The notes: generated from the letters alone by a model not told the origin. Counted from the first letter of the stretch, positions 43,722 through 56,682 are shown. The stretch: DNA of 64,000 nucleotides from Paraspadella gotoi (GCA_051294375.1 CM119268.1:2276232-2340231), one strand, 5' to 3'. Program-made: numbers and translations.

Positions 43722-44461
43722 CTAATAAGGGGAGCCATGGCGAGGGTTAATTTTTGCTATTTTAATATAGGTTGTATTAATTTTATAATATAGAGGATTA
43801 GCGTTTTGTTTCAATTTCGACCAGGTTGATTTGTTGCAAGAAAATATAGGTCCACTGTGTAAACATATCATTTAGCTAAAATAGTACCCAATCGTTAGAG
43901 AGAGAGGGAGAGGGAGAAAAGAGAGAGAGAGATCGAAGGGAGGCTGGATCTCCGATTCCGATGACGGTAGCTTGCCTTGATACAATGTATAAATGTTATG
44001 GTAGCCAAATGATCTATTTCTAGCATCTTAGTATTTTGCTAATTGTGTTTCTCTCCACTTCTTTTATTTTATCATATGATTATGAAAAATTGCAAGATTA
44101 CTTGTTTTACTATATTACACTTTTAAAATTCCTATTAAAATTTAAAAATAAATGTAAAATTTCTCTATATATCAGATTTAATTATATTCTTTATATAGAG
44201 TATATTTTTTCATAATGTAATGAGGAGAGGGATGTTAATGTTGTTTTCTGGAAATAGAGGGAGAATCTATACAACACAAAGTTAAAAGTTACTTTCTGCC
44301 CGAGTTTTCTCATTAGATATTAGACATCATTCTTGTTAAGAAGTCATTTATTGAAAATTTCAAAATACCTAAAAGTCTGAACAGAAAGGGATGAAGAGGA
44401 TAATTTGTTATTGTTGTTTTTTTTTTCAATTCTTATTTTCCCAGAAATCCTTTTCTCTCAC

Positions 44462-44597
44462 CTGGAAGCGTCGCCCCCGATGAATTGAGTCACGTGATCC
44501 CTGAGTCGAATCAAGATGGCGCCCAAATTGAAGGAAAGGTTTTGGTCGATGAAGTGAGTCGTGGTTTGGGTGAGGGCGGATAGCGTGGCGGACAAAC
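44462..44597 (-). CDS. insc: inscuteable exon 5
   Basis: Acceptor CCCTCGACAG|GT, donor TCCAG|GTGAGA, phase 1-2. Translates GLSATLSALTQTTHFIDQNLSFNLGAILIRLRDHVTQFIGGDASR. Not in the ORF track (too short). Confidence 0.8.
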
Positions 44598-44689
44598 CTG
44601 TCGAGGGTAAGTTAAGAATAAGTTCTTATCTTTTCGTAGTAGTCCATTTTGTTTTGTAGTATTTATTTCTCTTTATCCTTTCAACTTAC

Positions 44690-45439
44690 CCGCGGCGTCG
44701 TATTTGTTGTTGTTGTCGTCGTTCAACTGTTCCGTCGGTTTTTCCTTCTCCGTTCCCCCTCCTCCTCCTCCTCCTCCTCCTCCTTCTCCCGTCATCTTCC
44801 TCCTACTCGCCAACTCCGTCCCTCCCTGCAGCGTCCTCACTACATCATTGCTGTAGTGATAACTCCTGATGGGTTCCTTGGAGTCGTCGACGGCCCGTTC
44901 CTTGTCGGATCCTTCCCCAATGGATCCGACTTCTGCCGACGGTTCCACGGCCACGCTGTGGCGCATCTGGAGCCCGCGGAGGTCCCCACGGGGCGGCCGC
45001 TTCGGCAGCCGCAGGAGGGAGCTGGAGGAATAGCGAGGCACGCCGCCGACAACGGCGGCCACGGGGGTGACGCGCGGAGAGGCTTGCGGCGACGTCTCGA
45101 CCGCAGCGACGACGTCGGACGAGCGATTGGGGGGAGAGTCCGTGGAGGAAGACGGAGAGACGGGATCGTCAGCGGAATTGTTCGTCGTCGTCGTCGTCGT
45201 CTCCGCAGCGGAATCTCTGCAGCCGCGACGAAGGCTTCTCAGCGACGGCGAAGGGCACGAAGGCGTGGAGGAGTTGGAGGATTCCGAAGGACGCGTAGAT
45301 GGGATCGTCGAGGGTCGCGCGGTGGGCGTGGCCGTTCGAGAGGATTTCTCGCCGACGACGTCGTCTTTGGAGGAGGATGCGGTGGAGTTGCTGCGAGAGG
45401 AAGATCGGGAGGAGGTCTTGATGCGGAAGAGTGGGGAGT
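44690..45439 (-). CDS. insc: inscuteable exon 4 (250-codon Ser/Thr/Pro/Gly-rich insert)
   Basis: Polypyrimidine acceptor CTTCTCCTTCCTTCGCCAG|AC, donor GCGG|GTAAGT, phase 1-1, open throughout (part of ORF 44673..45710). GC-rich compared with the flanking introns. Confidence 0.7.
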
Positions 45440-45851
45440 CTGGCGAAGGAAGGAGAAGGGGGGCCGGGGGTTTCGAGTGTGGGTTATATAATATAAAAAT
45501 TATCCATTCATTCAATAAATCTAACTTGCCCCTGACTTTGGACAGGCGATGTTGGATGTAGTTACCCACTGCCATGCTGTACATACGGATGATGCTGTCT
45601 ATAAAACGACAGATTATCAAATTAACCTCAAATTTTAAACCAAAATTGGTAAACAAACAATGCCGACCGTTCAAGGATCCAATCGCTTTCTTCTTTAAAA
45701 TTTTCGCCAATTCTTCAAATGTTCATGCGATTATAAAGATAAAAGGTCAAGAATCTTTCTCGAAATTCTTTAGACAAGGACAACACATTATCAGTCTTCA
45801 ACCCTCAATCACATCCTTCATCAACATCCGGCTTCAACTCTTTAAACTCAC

Positions 45852-46079
45852 CCCCTTCCAACTCGTTGGTCAACTTCCCGCACAACTTGAGAATCTTCGA
45901 CTCCGTCGTCCGGATGTTCTTTTGTTCCTCCTCGTTGTCGGCGTTCTCCACTCGGCGGCGCCGCTGACGCTGATCGGCCAAGAGGGCGCGGACGTCGACG
46001 CACAGCATCGAGGTCTGAGCGCGAAGGTGGCGCCACTTGCGAAGCTCGAGGGACTTGGACGCTTTGGCCAGGGAGGCGC
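45852..46079 (-). CDS. insc: inscuteable exon 3 (helical region)
   Basis: Acceptor CTCTCCTCAG|GC, donor GGGG|GTGAGT, phase 1-1. Translates ASLAKASKSLELRKWRHLRAQTSMLCVDVRALL...KILKLCGKLTNELEG. Confidence 0.8.
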
Positions 46080-46328
46080 CTGAGGAGAGTCCAAATAAAT
46101 TTGCTTAGTTTGGTCTATTGTTGTTGGTTGGTTGGTTGGTTGGTTGGTTGGTTGGTTGGTTCTTTTGTTTTATTGATTGATTAATTGGTTGTTCGATGGC
46201 TTGTATTCATTGTGTCATGAAAAAAACTGACAATCAATTATCTAAAGTATTTAAAGACCCCCTGAAGGCCGAAACTGTCCGTCCGTCCGTCCATTAACTT
46301 ATCCTAACCCTCGTCATCCCTGACTCAC

Positions 46329-46445
46329 CCACTCCCCGTCCGTCCGTCCGTATCCTTTCCACGTTCTCCTTGACGTTCGTCGTCAATTCGGTCACGTGAC
46401 GAATGGCGTCCACGTCGGTGACGCGATGAGGATCCGCGCGGGAAA

Positions 46446-46476
<31 letters not shown>

Positions 46477-47034
46477 GTGAGACGACGACATGACGGTGGC
46501 GACGGAGGCGCGGGCGGAGCGAGAGCGGAGGAAGGAGGAGGAGGGGGGATGAGGAGGAGGGGGAAGGGCGGAGGCGGAGGCGGAGGCGGAGGCGGTGGGT
46601 TTTTGGCGAGGGGGTGGGGCGGTAGAAGGAGGCGGCGATGGCGGCGTAGTAGTCGGCGTCGACTCTTTCGACCCGGCGTCGATTTCCCGCGTCGGCGGCG
46701 TCGGAGGCTTCGACGGCGCCTCTTCCTTCGCGGGCGCCGTCTTTCCTTTCCCTCCTTCGTCCACGACGCCGGCGACCGACGCCGGTCTTCCCGCGGACAG
46801 CGCCGAGGCGCACCTGTCGGTCACCGAGGCCGTCGCCGCCGACGCCGCCGACATTGCCGACGCGGATCGATCGTTTGCCGACATGGCGGCGGCGCGACCG
46901 ATCGATTTGCTCTGCAGGATGCACATGCATTCGGTTTCCGTGGAAACGCGCGTCTCTTGGAGCCAACGGGAGACTGAAGAGGCTCGCATGGGTTCGTCGG
47001 TTCGCGGAGTTGAGGAGAGGTAATCCCGAGCCAC
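46329..47034 (-). CDS. insc: inscuteable exon 2, containing the Pins/LGN-TPR-binding motif
   Basis: Acceptor TTTCTCAAACCAG|GTG, donor GTGG|GTGAGT (phase 1). Encodes SVSRWLQETRVSTETECMCILQSKSI (46900-46977), matching the known Insc W...ExE(C/V)MCxLQxKxI motif (vertebrate SVQRWMEDLKLMTECECMCVLQAKPI, recalled). Confidence 0.92.
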
Positions 47035-47245
47035 CTGGTTTGAGAAAGCAGGAACATTAATTGATTAATTATTAAGTGCTATCTTCACTCGCGATGATGA
47101 AAAATTGAAAAATAATAATAAATTAACTTGATTAATAAATTATTTTTAAGTAAGAAAGGTTTTTGCTTCCCGCGTTGCCGAATTAAGTCAAGGTTTTTTA
47201 GTTTGTCGAATTATTAATTCACTTATTCACTATTTCTGACATTCC

Positions 47246-47385
47246 CCATTTACCTCAGCCATTCGCCTCAACCATTCACCTCAACCATTGATCTTCACCA
47301 TTCACCTCAACCATTCACCTCAACCATTCACCTCAACCATTGATCTTAACCATTCGCCTCAACCATTCATCTCAACCATTCACTT
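47246..47385 (+). repeat. 13-bp intronic minisatellite (ACCATTCACCTCA)n, about 10 copies, just inside the insc intron 1 donor
   Basis: Directly visible; the duplicate at about 54250-54375 appears to have one unit fewer. Confidence 0.9.
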
Positions 47386-47402
47386 CCCTCCGAACTTCAA
47401 AC

Positions 47403-48530
47403 CTGCAAACGCAAAAAGTTAAACAACGCCTTGTCGTGCAAATGTTGCAAGGCTGGCAACGAAGACAGCGTTGGCGACGCCAGAGGGTGCGCCGAGGGTG
47501 TCGACGACGATGACGACGACGACGAAGTCCACGAAGAACCCGTTACCGTCGAAGGCGAAGAAGAGGAAGCTGAGGAGGAGGCGGAGGTGGAGGAGGAAGA
47601 GGGGGAGGTAGTGGAAGCCTCCGCGGTGGCGCTCGGCCCGGAAGCGGTCGTCGACGCCGCTTTTAAAGACCCCGCTGACGTTGCCTTCCCGGGCGAGACT
47701 TCGTGCGGAAGACTCTTGCGGAATTCCGCCTCTTGATTGGCGAGATTGACGAGGTGATTGTGCCGGTTGCGCTGCTCGTTGTCCACGTTCTTGCTGAAGG
47801 AGAGGAAGGTGGCTTCTTGAAGGTTGTTGTGACGCCAGGGGAGGATGCCGACGCCTGCGCCGGCCGGGCTGCCGACGTGGCCGCCCTGGCCGCCGACGTG
47901 GCCGCTCTGTCCGCCTGGATCGACGCCGTGGTTGTGATTGTGGTTATTGTGGAGGCGAATGTGGTTGAAGATGCCCTGATGGTGGTTGACGTTGTTGCGG
48001 TTGGTGTTTTTGATGTTGTTGTGATGGAGTTCAAGTTTCGAGGAGCGAGATTCGGGCGGCGGAGCGATGGGAGATGGGAAATAAGTGACGTTGATGGGGG
48101 ATGGGTGGTTGGATGCGTGGGCGGAGTGGTTTGTAGGGTGGGGGAAGTGGTTGGAGGAGCGGGGAGAGTGGTTGGACAAGTGGGCGGCGTGGTGGAAAGG
48201 AGAACTGAGTGGGGAACTGTGGGCAAAGTTGGGGCGTGGGTTGGATTGTGGAGCAAAATTGATAGAGTGAGATGGAGTCGCGTTGTATGAATTGTAAGAG
48301 GCTCCGTGGACAGGAGTCGGAAAAAGAGCCGAAGTGGGAGTGACGAAGGCCGTTGGCGTAGTGGCGTATGGCGTAGCGTTTGGCGTGGCGTAACGAGCGT
48401 TTGGCGTGGCAAAGGGAGTCGCGTTAGCCGTGGCGAAACCGAAGCTGACCTCGTGCGGTGTCGTAGGGAAGGCGTGGCATCGCCCGGCGATTGTTGCCGT
48501 TTGCGCGGGAAAGGGGGATGGGTACTGCGG
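47403..48530 (-). CDS. insc: inscuteable, 5'-most predicted coding exon (Thr/Pro/His/Asn/Ser-rich N-terminal region); start uncertain
   Basis: 376 stop-free codons (PQYPSPFPAQ...TPFATPNARYATPNATPYATTP...HDKALFNFLRLQ) ending CAG|GTTTGA, a phase-0 donor matching the next exon. The 5' end is either the acceptor CTCTTAG| at 48531 or ATGATG at 48546/48543, which is out of frame in this copy but in frame (MSLLSRSTPSP) in the duplicate at 55594. No recognisable homology in this exon. Confidence 0.6.
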
Positions 48531-49285
48531 CTAAGAGGCTCATCATGGGGGGGGGGGGTTGATGGAGAATGATGTAGAATGATGGAGAGGGATGGAGTTA
48601 AGGTTTTTGAGTTGGAACTCGGAGTGAATTTATTCTTCTTGGCTTTGGATTAGAAAGTATCTTTGGATTAGAAAATATCTTTATTCTTGAGAAAGAGGAT
48701 AGATGAACTTTACGAAAAAAAATATTGTTCGTTGTATCACGAAAGAGAACGCGTAATATGATTGGAAATCCTCCACAGCGAGCGTTCGATTTCTGAAGAC
48801 TGAAGGAAATTAAATCCTCCAGTAGGAAAAAAGTTTCGACAAAGGTTAGATGAGCTCTTTCGAAAAAAAGAAGAGAAAATTAGATCCTCTTCTGCGGAAA
48901 GAGAAAAGAGGATGCACTCTCTCTCGCTATCTCTCTCTCACACTATCTCTCTCTCTCTCTGAGAAAAAAAATCAATCTTCTCCGTCGGAAGTCGGTTTTA
49001 TTTTCAACCTCGGGAGAAAAAGTTTTTATTTAATTAATGTTTCTTTTTTTTGTTTAATTATGTGGCGCTTTTGTGAGACATTTTTTTGTTCTTTTTTTTT
49101 TTTAAATTAGATCTCGATCGACGTGGATTTTCGTTCGTCAAAATCTCATTCGATTTTCAAAGATTTTTGTCGATTGAGTTTTTTCTTTTCGTTTTCAGAT
49201 TTTTTTTGTTTTGGTTTTTCGGTTTTTCTCGAATCTGAAAAAAAAAAACAGAGGGAGGATAATTGAATTGATTAGAACACACGTG

Positions 49286-49376
<91 letters not shown>

Positions 49377-49456
49377 AAAAGAGAGTAAAGAAATACAAAT
49401 ATAAACAACGAGTTGGAAGCGTTTGAAAAGAGGGATGTTTTCAAAAACCCGGGGTT

Positions 49457-49489
<33 letters not shown>

Positions 49490-49491
49490 CT

Positions 49492-49562
<71 letters not shown>

Positions 49563-49577
49563 TTCTCTCTCTCTCTT

Positions 49578-49619
<42 letters not shown>

Positions 49620-50514
49620 TCCTCGGAGTCGTCGTGCATCTCGTCTCTCCGTCTCTCTTCTCTCTCTCTCTCTAACAGATTCGTGATGATTCATTACTTA
49701 AGAATATCATATTTTTTTTCAAATCTTTTTTTAAGATTTAAGCGGATCTTCTTTTTTCCTTTTGATGCCTTAAATTTAAAGGTTGCGACCGAAAACGAAG
49801 ATATTTTTCGAGAAAGACAATTCTTTCTTTTTAATTCTTTCTTTTTAATTCTTTCTTTTCAATTCTTTCTTTTTAATTCTTTCTTTTTAATTCTTTCTTT
49901 TTAATTCTTTCTTTTTAATTATTTCTTTTTAAGTTTATAATTGTTTCGCCCTTCGTTTAGTTTTTTAAATTTTTTTTAAAGAAATAAATAAATAAATTTA
50001 AATACATCGAATTAGAATTCTTGTCTGTTTCTTATTTCATCGCTGTTCTCGAGACACGCCCGATATTTTTTTGTACAGATGCGACACCTTTAGTCTCTCC
50101 GAATTTACAGATGCGACCCCCTTCTACCCGTCAAAACTAAGACAGGCAGATGAGGCCAGATGGGAAGCTCGTTTATCGTCCCTACCCCTTCTCCAGCCCC
50201 GCGAAACCCCTGCCAAAAATAAAGCGGAGAGGTGAGGCCCAATATATAAACCGCGGATTGTCTCGGGTAAGTTTCGAGAGTCTCCTGTCAATTCAACCCA
50301 GGAAAGGCGTGATGTTTCGATCTCTGGGTGAGGTCGACTCTTCGATTTCGGGTGAGGAACCAGTTTCGCTCCGGCGACTTTCAAAAACGACGACGATAAC
50401 GACGACGACGACGACAACGATGACAGCCAAGACGTTTCGAGATCCAATCCTAGCGTCGATTAAACCGACAACGACGTCAAATCGAGAGANNNNNNNNNNN
50501 NNNNNNNNNNNNNN

Positions 50515-53456
50515 AACGCCGGTCAGAGTCTCTAGTCCCGCGGGCCTCGAGGCGAGCGATGCTCTCGGCAGCGCAGCATAGCGTAGCAAGGCAGCGGAGC
50601 GCGTGCGCCCAAACCGCTCGCAGCGCCTCCTCTGAAGGATCTCGAGCAAGAGGCGGACGCCGCCGGCGCGGGCGGTGAGACGGCAGAGGTTTTCGCCCTC
50701 GAGTCCGAGTGAGATGAGGGCGGTGATGCAGTGGCGGACTCGTGAGAGGGTGGATCTAATAAGGGGAGCCATGGCGAGGGTTAATTTTTGCTATTTTAAT
50801 ATAGGTTGTATTTATTTTATATATAGAGGATTAGCGTTTTGTTTCAATTTCGACCAGGTTGATTTGTTGCAAGAAAATATAGGTCCACTGTGTAAACATA
50901 TCATTTAGCTAAAATAGTACCCAATCGTTAGAGAGAGAGGAGAGGGAGAAAAGAGAGAGAGAGATCGAAGGGAGGCTGGATCTCCGATTCCGATGACGGT
51001 AGCTTGCCTTGATACAATGTATAAATGTTATGGTAGCAAATGATCTATTTCTAGCATCTTAGTATTTTGCTAATGTGTTCTCTCCACTTCTTTTTTTTTT
51101 ATCATATGATTAGGAAAAATTGCAAGATTACTTGTTTACTATATTACACTTTTTAAAATTCCTTTAAAATTTAAAAAAAATGTAAATTTCTCTATATATC
51201 AGATTTAATTATATTTCTTTATATAGAGTATATTTTTTCATAATGTAATGAGGAGAGGGATGTTAATGTGTTGCTGAAATAGAGGGAGAATCTATACAAA
51301 CAAAGTTAAAAGTTACTTTCTGCCCGAGTTTCTCATTAGATATTAGACATCATTCTTGTTAAGAAGTCATTTATTGAAAATTTCAAAATACCTAAAAGTC
51401 TGAACAGAAAGGGATGAAGAGGATAATTGTTATTGTTGTTTTTTTTTTCAATTCTTATTTTCCCAGAATCCTTTTCTCTCACCTGGAAGCGTCGCCCCGA
51501 TGAATTGAGTCACGTGATCCCTGAGTCGAATCAAGATGGCGCCCAAATTGAAGGAAAGGTTTGGTCGATGAAGTGAGGTCGTGGTTTGGGTGAGGGCGAT
51601 AGCGTGGCGGACAAACTGTCGAGGGTAAGTTAAGAATAAAGTCTTATCTTTTCGTATAGTCCATTTGTTTTGTAGTATTATTTTCTCTTATCCTTTCAAC
51701 TTACCCGCGGCGTCGTATTTGTTGTTGTTGTCGTCTTCAACTGTTCCGTCGGTTTTTCCTTCTCCGTTCCCCCTCCTCCTCCTCCTCCTCCTCCTCCTCC
51801 TTCCGTCATCTTCCTCCTACTCGCCAACTCCGTCCCTCCCTGCAGCGTCCTCACTACATCATTGCTGTAGTGATAACTCCTGATGGGTTCCTTGGAGTCG
51901 TCGACGGCCCTTCCTTGTCGGATCCTTTCCCAATGATCCGACTTCTGCCGACGGTTCCACGGCCACGCTGTGGCGCATCTGGAGCCCGCGGAGGTCCCCA
52001 CGGGGCGGCCGCTTCGGTCAGCCGCAGGAGGGAGCTGGAGGAATAGCGAGGCACGCCGCGACAACGGCGGCCACGGGGGTGACGCGCGGAGAGGCTTGCG
52101 GCGACGTCTCGACCGCAGCGACGACGTCGGACGAGCGATTGGGGGAGAGTCCGTGGGAGGAAGACGGAGAGACGGGAATCGTCAGCGGAAATTGTTCGTC
52201 GTCGTCTTCGTCGTCTCCCGCAGCGGAATCTCTGCAGCCGCGACGAAGGCTTCTCAGCGACGGCGAAGGGCACGAAGGCGTGGAGGAGTTGGAGGATTCC
52301 GAAGGACGCGTAGATGGGATCGTCGAGGGTCGCGCGGTGGGCGTGGCCGTTCGAGAGGATTTCCTCGCCGACGGACGTCGTCTTTGGAGGAGGATGTCGG
52401 GGTGGTGCTGCGAGAGGAAGATCGGGAGGAGGTCTTGATTGCGGAAGAGTGGGGAGTCTGGCGAAGGAAGGAGAAGGGGGGCCGGGGTTTCGAGTGTGGG
52501 TTATATAATATAAAAATTATCCATTCATTCAATAAATCTAACTTGCCCTGACTTTGGACAGGCCGATGTTGGAGGTAGTTACCCACTGCCATGCTGTACA
52601 TACGGATGATGCTGTCTATAAACGACAGATTATCAAATTAACCTCAAATTTTAAACCAAAATTGTAAACAAACAATGCCGACCTTCAAGGATCAATCGCT
52701 TTCTTCTTTAAAATTTTCGCCAATTCTTCAAATGTTCATGCGATTATAAAGATAAAAGGTCAAGAATCTTTCGTCGAAATTCTTTAGACAAGGACAACAC
52801 ATTATCAGTCTTCAACCCTCAATCACATCCTTCATCAACATCGCGCTTCAACTCTTTAACTCACCCCCTTCCAACTCGTTGGTCAACTTCCCCACAACTT
52901 GAGAATCTTCGACTCCGTCGTCCCGGATGTTCTTTTTTCCTCCTCGTTGTCGGCGTTCTCCACTCGGCGGCGCCGCTGACGCTGATCGGCCAAGAGGAGC
53001 GCGGACGTCGACGCACAGCATCGAGGTCTGAGCGCGAAGGTGGCGCCCACTTGCGAAGCTCGAGGGACTTGGAACGCTTTGGCCAGGAGGCGCCTGAGGA
53101 GAGTCCAAATAAATTTGCTTAGTTGGGTCTATTTGTGTTGGTGGTTGGTTGGTGGTTGGTTGGTGGTTGGTTCTTTTGTTTATTGATTGATTAATTTGGT
53201 TGTTCGATGGCTGTATTCATTGTGTCATGAAAAAAACTGACAATCAATTACTCTAAAGTATTTAAAGACCCCCTGAAGGCCGAACTGTCCGTCCGTCCGT
53301 CCATTAACTTATCCTAACCCTCGTCATCCTGACTCACCCACTCCCCGTCCGTCTCCGAGTATCCTTTCCACGTTCTCCTTGACGTCGGTCGTCAATCGCG
53401 TCACGTGACGAATGGCGTCCACGTCGGTGACGCGATGAGAGGATCCGCGCGGGAAA

Positions 53457-53487
<31 letters not shown>

Positions 53488-56400
53488 GTGAGACGACGAC
53501 ATGACGGTGGCGACGGAGGCGCCGGCGGAGCGAGAGCGGAGGAAGGAGGAGAGGGGGATGAGGAGGAGGAAGGGCGGAGGCGGAGGCGGAGGCGGAGGCG
53601 GTGGGTTTTTGGCGAGGGGGTGGGGCGGTAGAAGGAGGCGGCGATGGCGGCGTAGTAGTCGGCGTCGCCTTTCGACCCGGCGTCGATTTCCCGCGTCGCG
53701 CGTCGGAGGCTTCGACGGCGCCTCTTCCTTCGCGGGCGCCGTCTTTCCTTCCCTCCTTCGTCCACGACGCCGGCGACCGACGCCGTCTTCCCGCGGACAG
53801 CGCACGAGGCGCACTGTCGCGTCACCGAGGCCGTCGCCGCCGACGCCGCGCGACATTGCCGACGCGGCATCGATCGTTTGCCGACATGGCGGCGGCGCGA
53901 CGATCGATTTGCTCTGCAGGATGCACATGCACTGTCGGTTTCCGTGGAAGACCGCGTCTCTTGGCAGCCACACGGAGACTTAAGAGGCTCGCAGGTGGTC
54001 GTCGGTTCGCGAGTTGAGGAGAGGTTATCCGAGCACCTGGTTTGAGAAAGCAGGAAACATTAATTGATTAATTATTTAAGTGCTAATCTTCAACTCGCAT
54101 GATGAAAAAATTGAAAAATAATAATAAATAACTTGATTAATAAAATTATTTTTAAGTAAGAAAGGGTTTGCTTCCCGCGTTGCCGAATTAAGTCAAGGTT
54201 TTTTAGTTTGTGAATTATTAATTCACTTATTCCACTATTTCTGACATTCCCCATTTACACTCAGCCATTCGCCTCAACCATTCACCTCAACCATTTACCT
54301 TCAACCATTCACCTCAACCATTCACCTCAACCATTGATCTTAACCATCGCCTCAACCATTCATCTCAACCATTCACTTCCCTCCGAACTTCAAACCTGCC
54401 AACGCACAAAAGTTAAACACGCCTTGTCTGCAAATGTTGCATCCAAGGCTGGCAACGAAGACAGCGGTTGCGGGACGCCAGAGGGTGCGCCGAGGTGTCG
54501 ACGACGATGACGACGACGACGAAGTCCACGAAGAACCCGTTACGTCGAAGGCGAAGAAGAGGAAGCTGAGGAGAGGCGGAGGTGTGGAGGAGAAAGGGGA
54601 GGTAGTGGAAGCCTCCGCGGTGGCGCTCGCCGGAAGCGGTCGTCGACGCCGCTTTTAAAGATCCCCGCTGACGTTGCCTTCCCGGCGCAGACTTCGGCGG
54701 AAGACTCTTGCGGAATTCCGCCTCTTGATTGGCGAGATTGACGAGGTGATTGTGCCGGTTGCGCTGCTCGTTGTCCACGTTCTTGCTGAAGGAGAGGAAG
54801 GTGGCTTCTTGAAGGTTGTTGTGACGCCAGGGGAGGATGCCGACCCTGCGCCGGCCGGGCTGCCGACGTGGCCGCCCTGGCCGCCGACTGGCCGCTCTGT
54901 CCGCCTGGATCGACGCCGTGGTTGTGATTTGGTTATTGTGGAGGCGAATGTGGTTGAAGATGCCCTGATGTGTTGGTTGACGTTGTTGCGGTTGTGGTTT
55001 TTGATGTTGTTGTGATGGAGTTCAAGTTTCGAGGAGCGAGATTCGGGCGGCGGAGCGATGGGAGATGGGAAATAAGTGACGTTGATGGGGATGGGTGTTT
55101 GGATGCGTGGCGGAGTGGTTTGTAGGGGGGTAAGTGTTGGAGGAGCGGGGAGAGTGGTTGGACAAGGGGCGGCGTGGTGGAAAGGAGAACTGAGTGGGGA
55201 ACTGTGGGCAAAGTTGGGGCGTGGGTTGGATGTGGAGCAAAATTGAGAGAGTGAGATGGAGTCGCGTTGTATGAATGTAAGAGGCTCCGTGGACAGGAGT
55301 CGGAAAAAAGAGCCGAATGGGAGTGACGAAGGCCGTTGGCGTAGTGGCGTATGGCGTAGCGTTTGGCGTGGCGTAACGAGCGTTTGGCGTGGCAAAGGGA
55401 GTCGCGTTAGGCCGTGGCGAACCGCGGTCGGGGTGGCGAGAATTCCGAAAGAGTTGGGAGTGTACGAAATTCTGGGCGTTGGCGGAGTGGCGAAAGCTGA
55501 CCTCGTGCGGTGTCGTAGGGAAGTGGCATCGCCCGGCGATTGTTGCCGTTTGCGCGGGAAAGGGGGATGGGGTACTGCGGCTAAGCAGGCTCATCAGGGG
55601 GGGGTTGATGGAGAATGATGTAGAATGATGGAGAGGATGGAGTTAAGGTTTTTGAGTTGGAAACTCGGAGTGAATTTATTCTTCTTGGCTTTGGATTAGA
55701 AAGTATCTTTGGATTAGAAAAATATCTTTATTCTTGAGAAAGAGGATAGATGAACTTTACGAACAAAATATTGTCGTTGTAAAAAAAGTGAGCGGCAGAA
55801 AATATTCTCTTTTTTTTTTTGTATCACGAAAGAGAACGCGTAATATGATTGGAAATCCTCCACAACGAGCGTTCGATTTCGGAAGACTGTTGAGAAGTTC
55901 GTATTAAAGGAAATTAAATCCTCCAGTAGGAAAAAAAGTTTCGAAAAATGTTAGATTAGCTCTTTCGAAAAAAAGTAGAGAAAATTAGATCCTTTCTGCG
56001 AAAGAAAAAGAGGATGCACTCTCTCTCGCTATCTCTCTCTCACACTATCTCTCTCTCTCTCAAAAAAAATCAATCTTCTCCGTCGGAAGTCGGTTTTATT
56101 TTCACCTCGGAGAGAAAAGTTTTTATTTAATTAAGTTTCTTTTTTTTGTTTAATTATCTTGGCGCTTTTGTGACATTTTTTTGTTCTTTTTTTTTTTTAA
56201 ATTAGATCTCGATCGACGTGGATTTTCGTTCGTCAAAATCTCATTCGATTTTCAAAGATTTTGTCGATTGAGTTTTTCTTTTCGTTTTCAGATTTTTTTT
56301 GTTTTGGTTTTTCGGTTTTTTCTCGCGAATCTGAAAAAAAAAAACAGAGGGAGGAATATTGAATTGATTAGAACACATCGTGCTTGAGAGAGAGAGAGAG

Positions 56401-56558
56401 AGAAGAGAGAAGGAGAGAGAGAGAGAGAAGAGAGCGAGAGAGAGGAGAGAGAGAGACGAGAGAGAGAGAGAGAGAAGAAAAAAGAGGTAAAGAAATACAA
56501 ATATAAACAAACGGAGTTGGAAGCGTTTGAAACAGAGGATGTTTTCAAAAACCCGGGT

Positions 56559-56612
<54 letters not shown>

Positions 56613-56633
56613 CTTCTCTCTCTCCTCTCTCTC

Positions 56634-56674
<41 letters not shown>

Positions 56675-56682
56675 TCTCTCTT

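Noticed and set aside
42899-48572. Plus-strand ORFs overlapping insc
   Set aside because: Antisense shadows of GC-rich coding exons.
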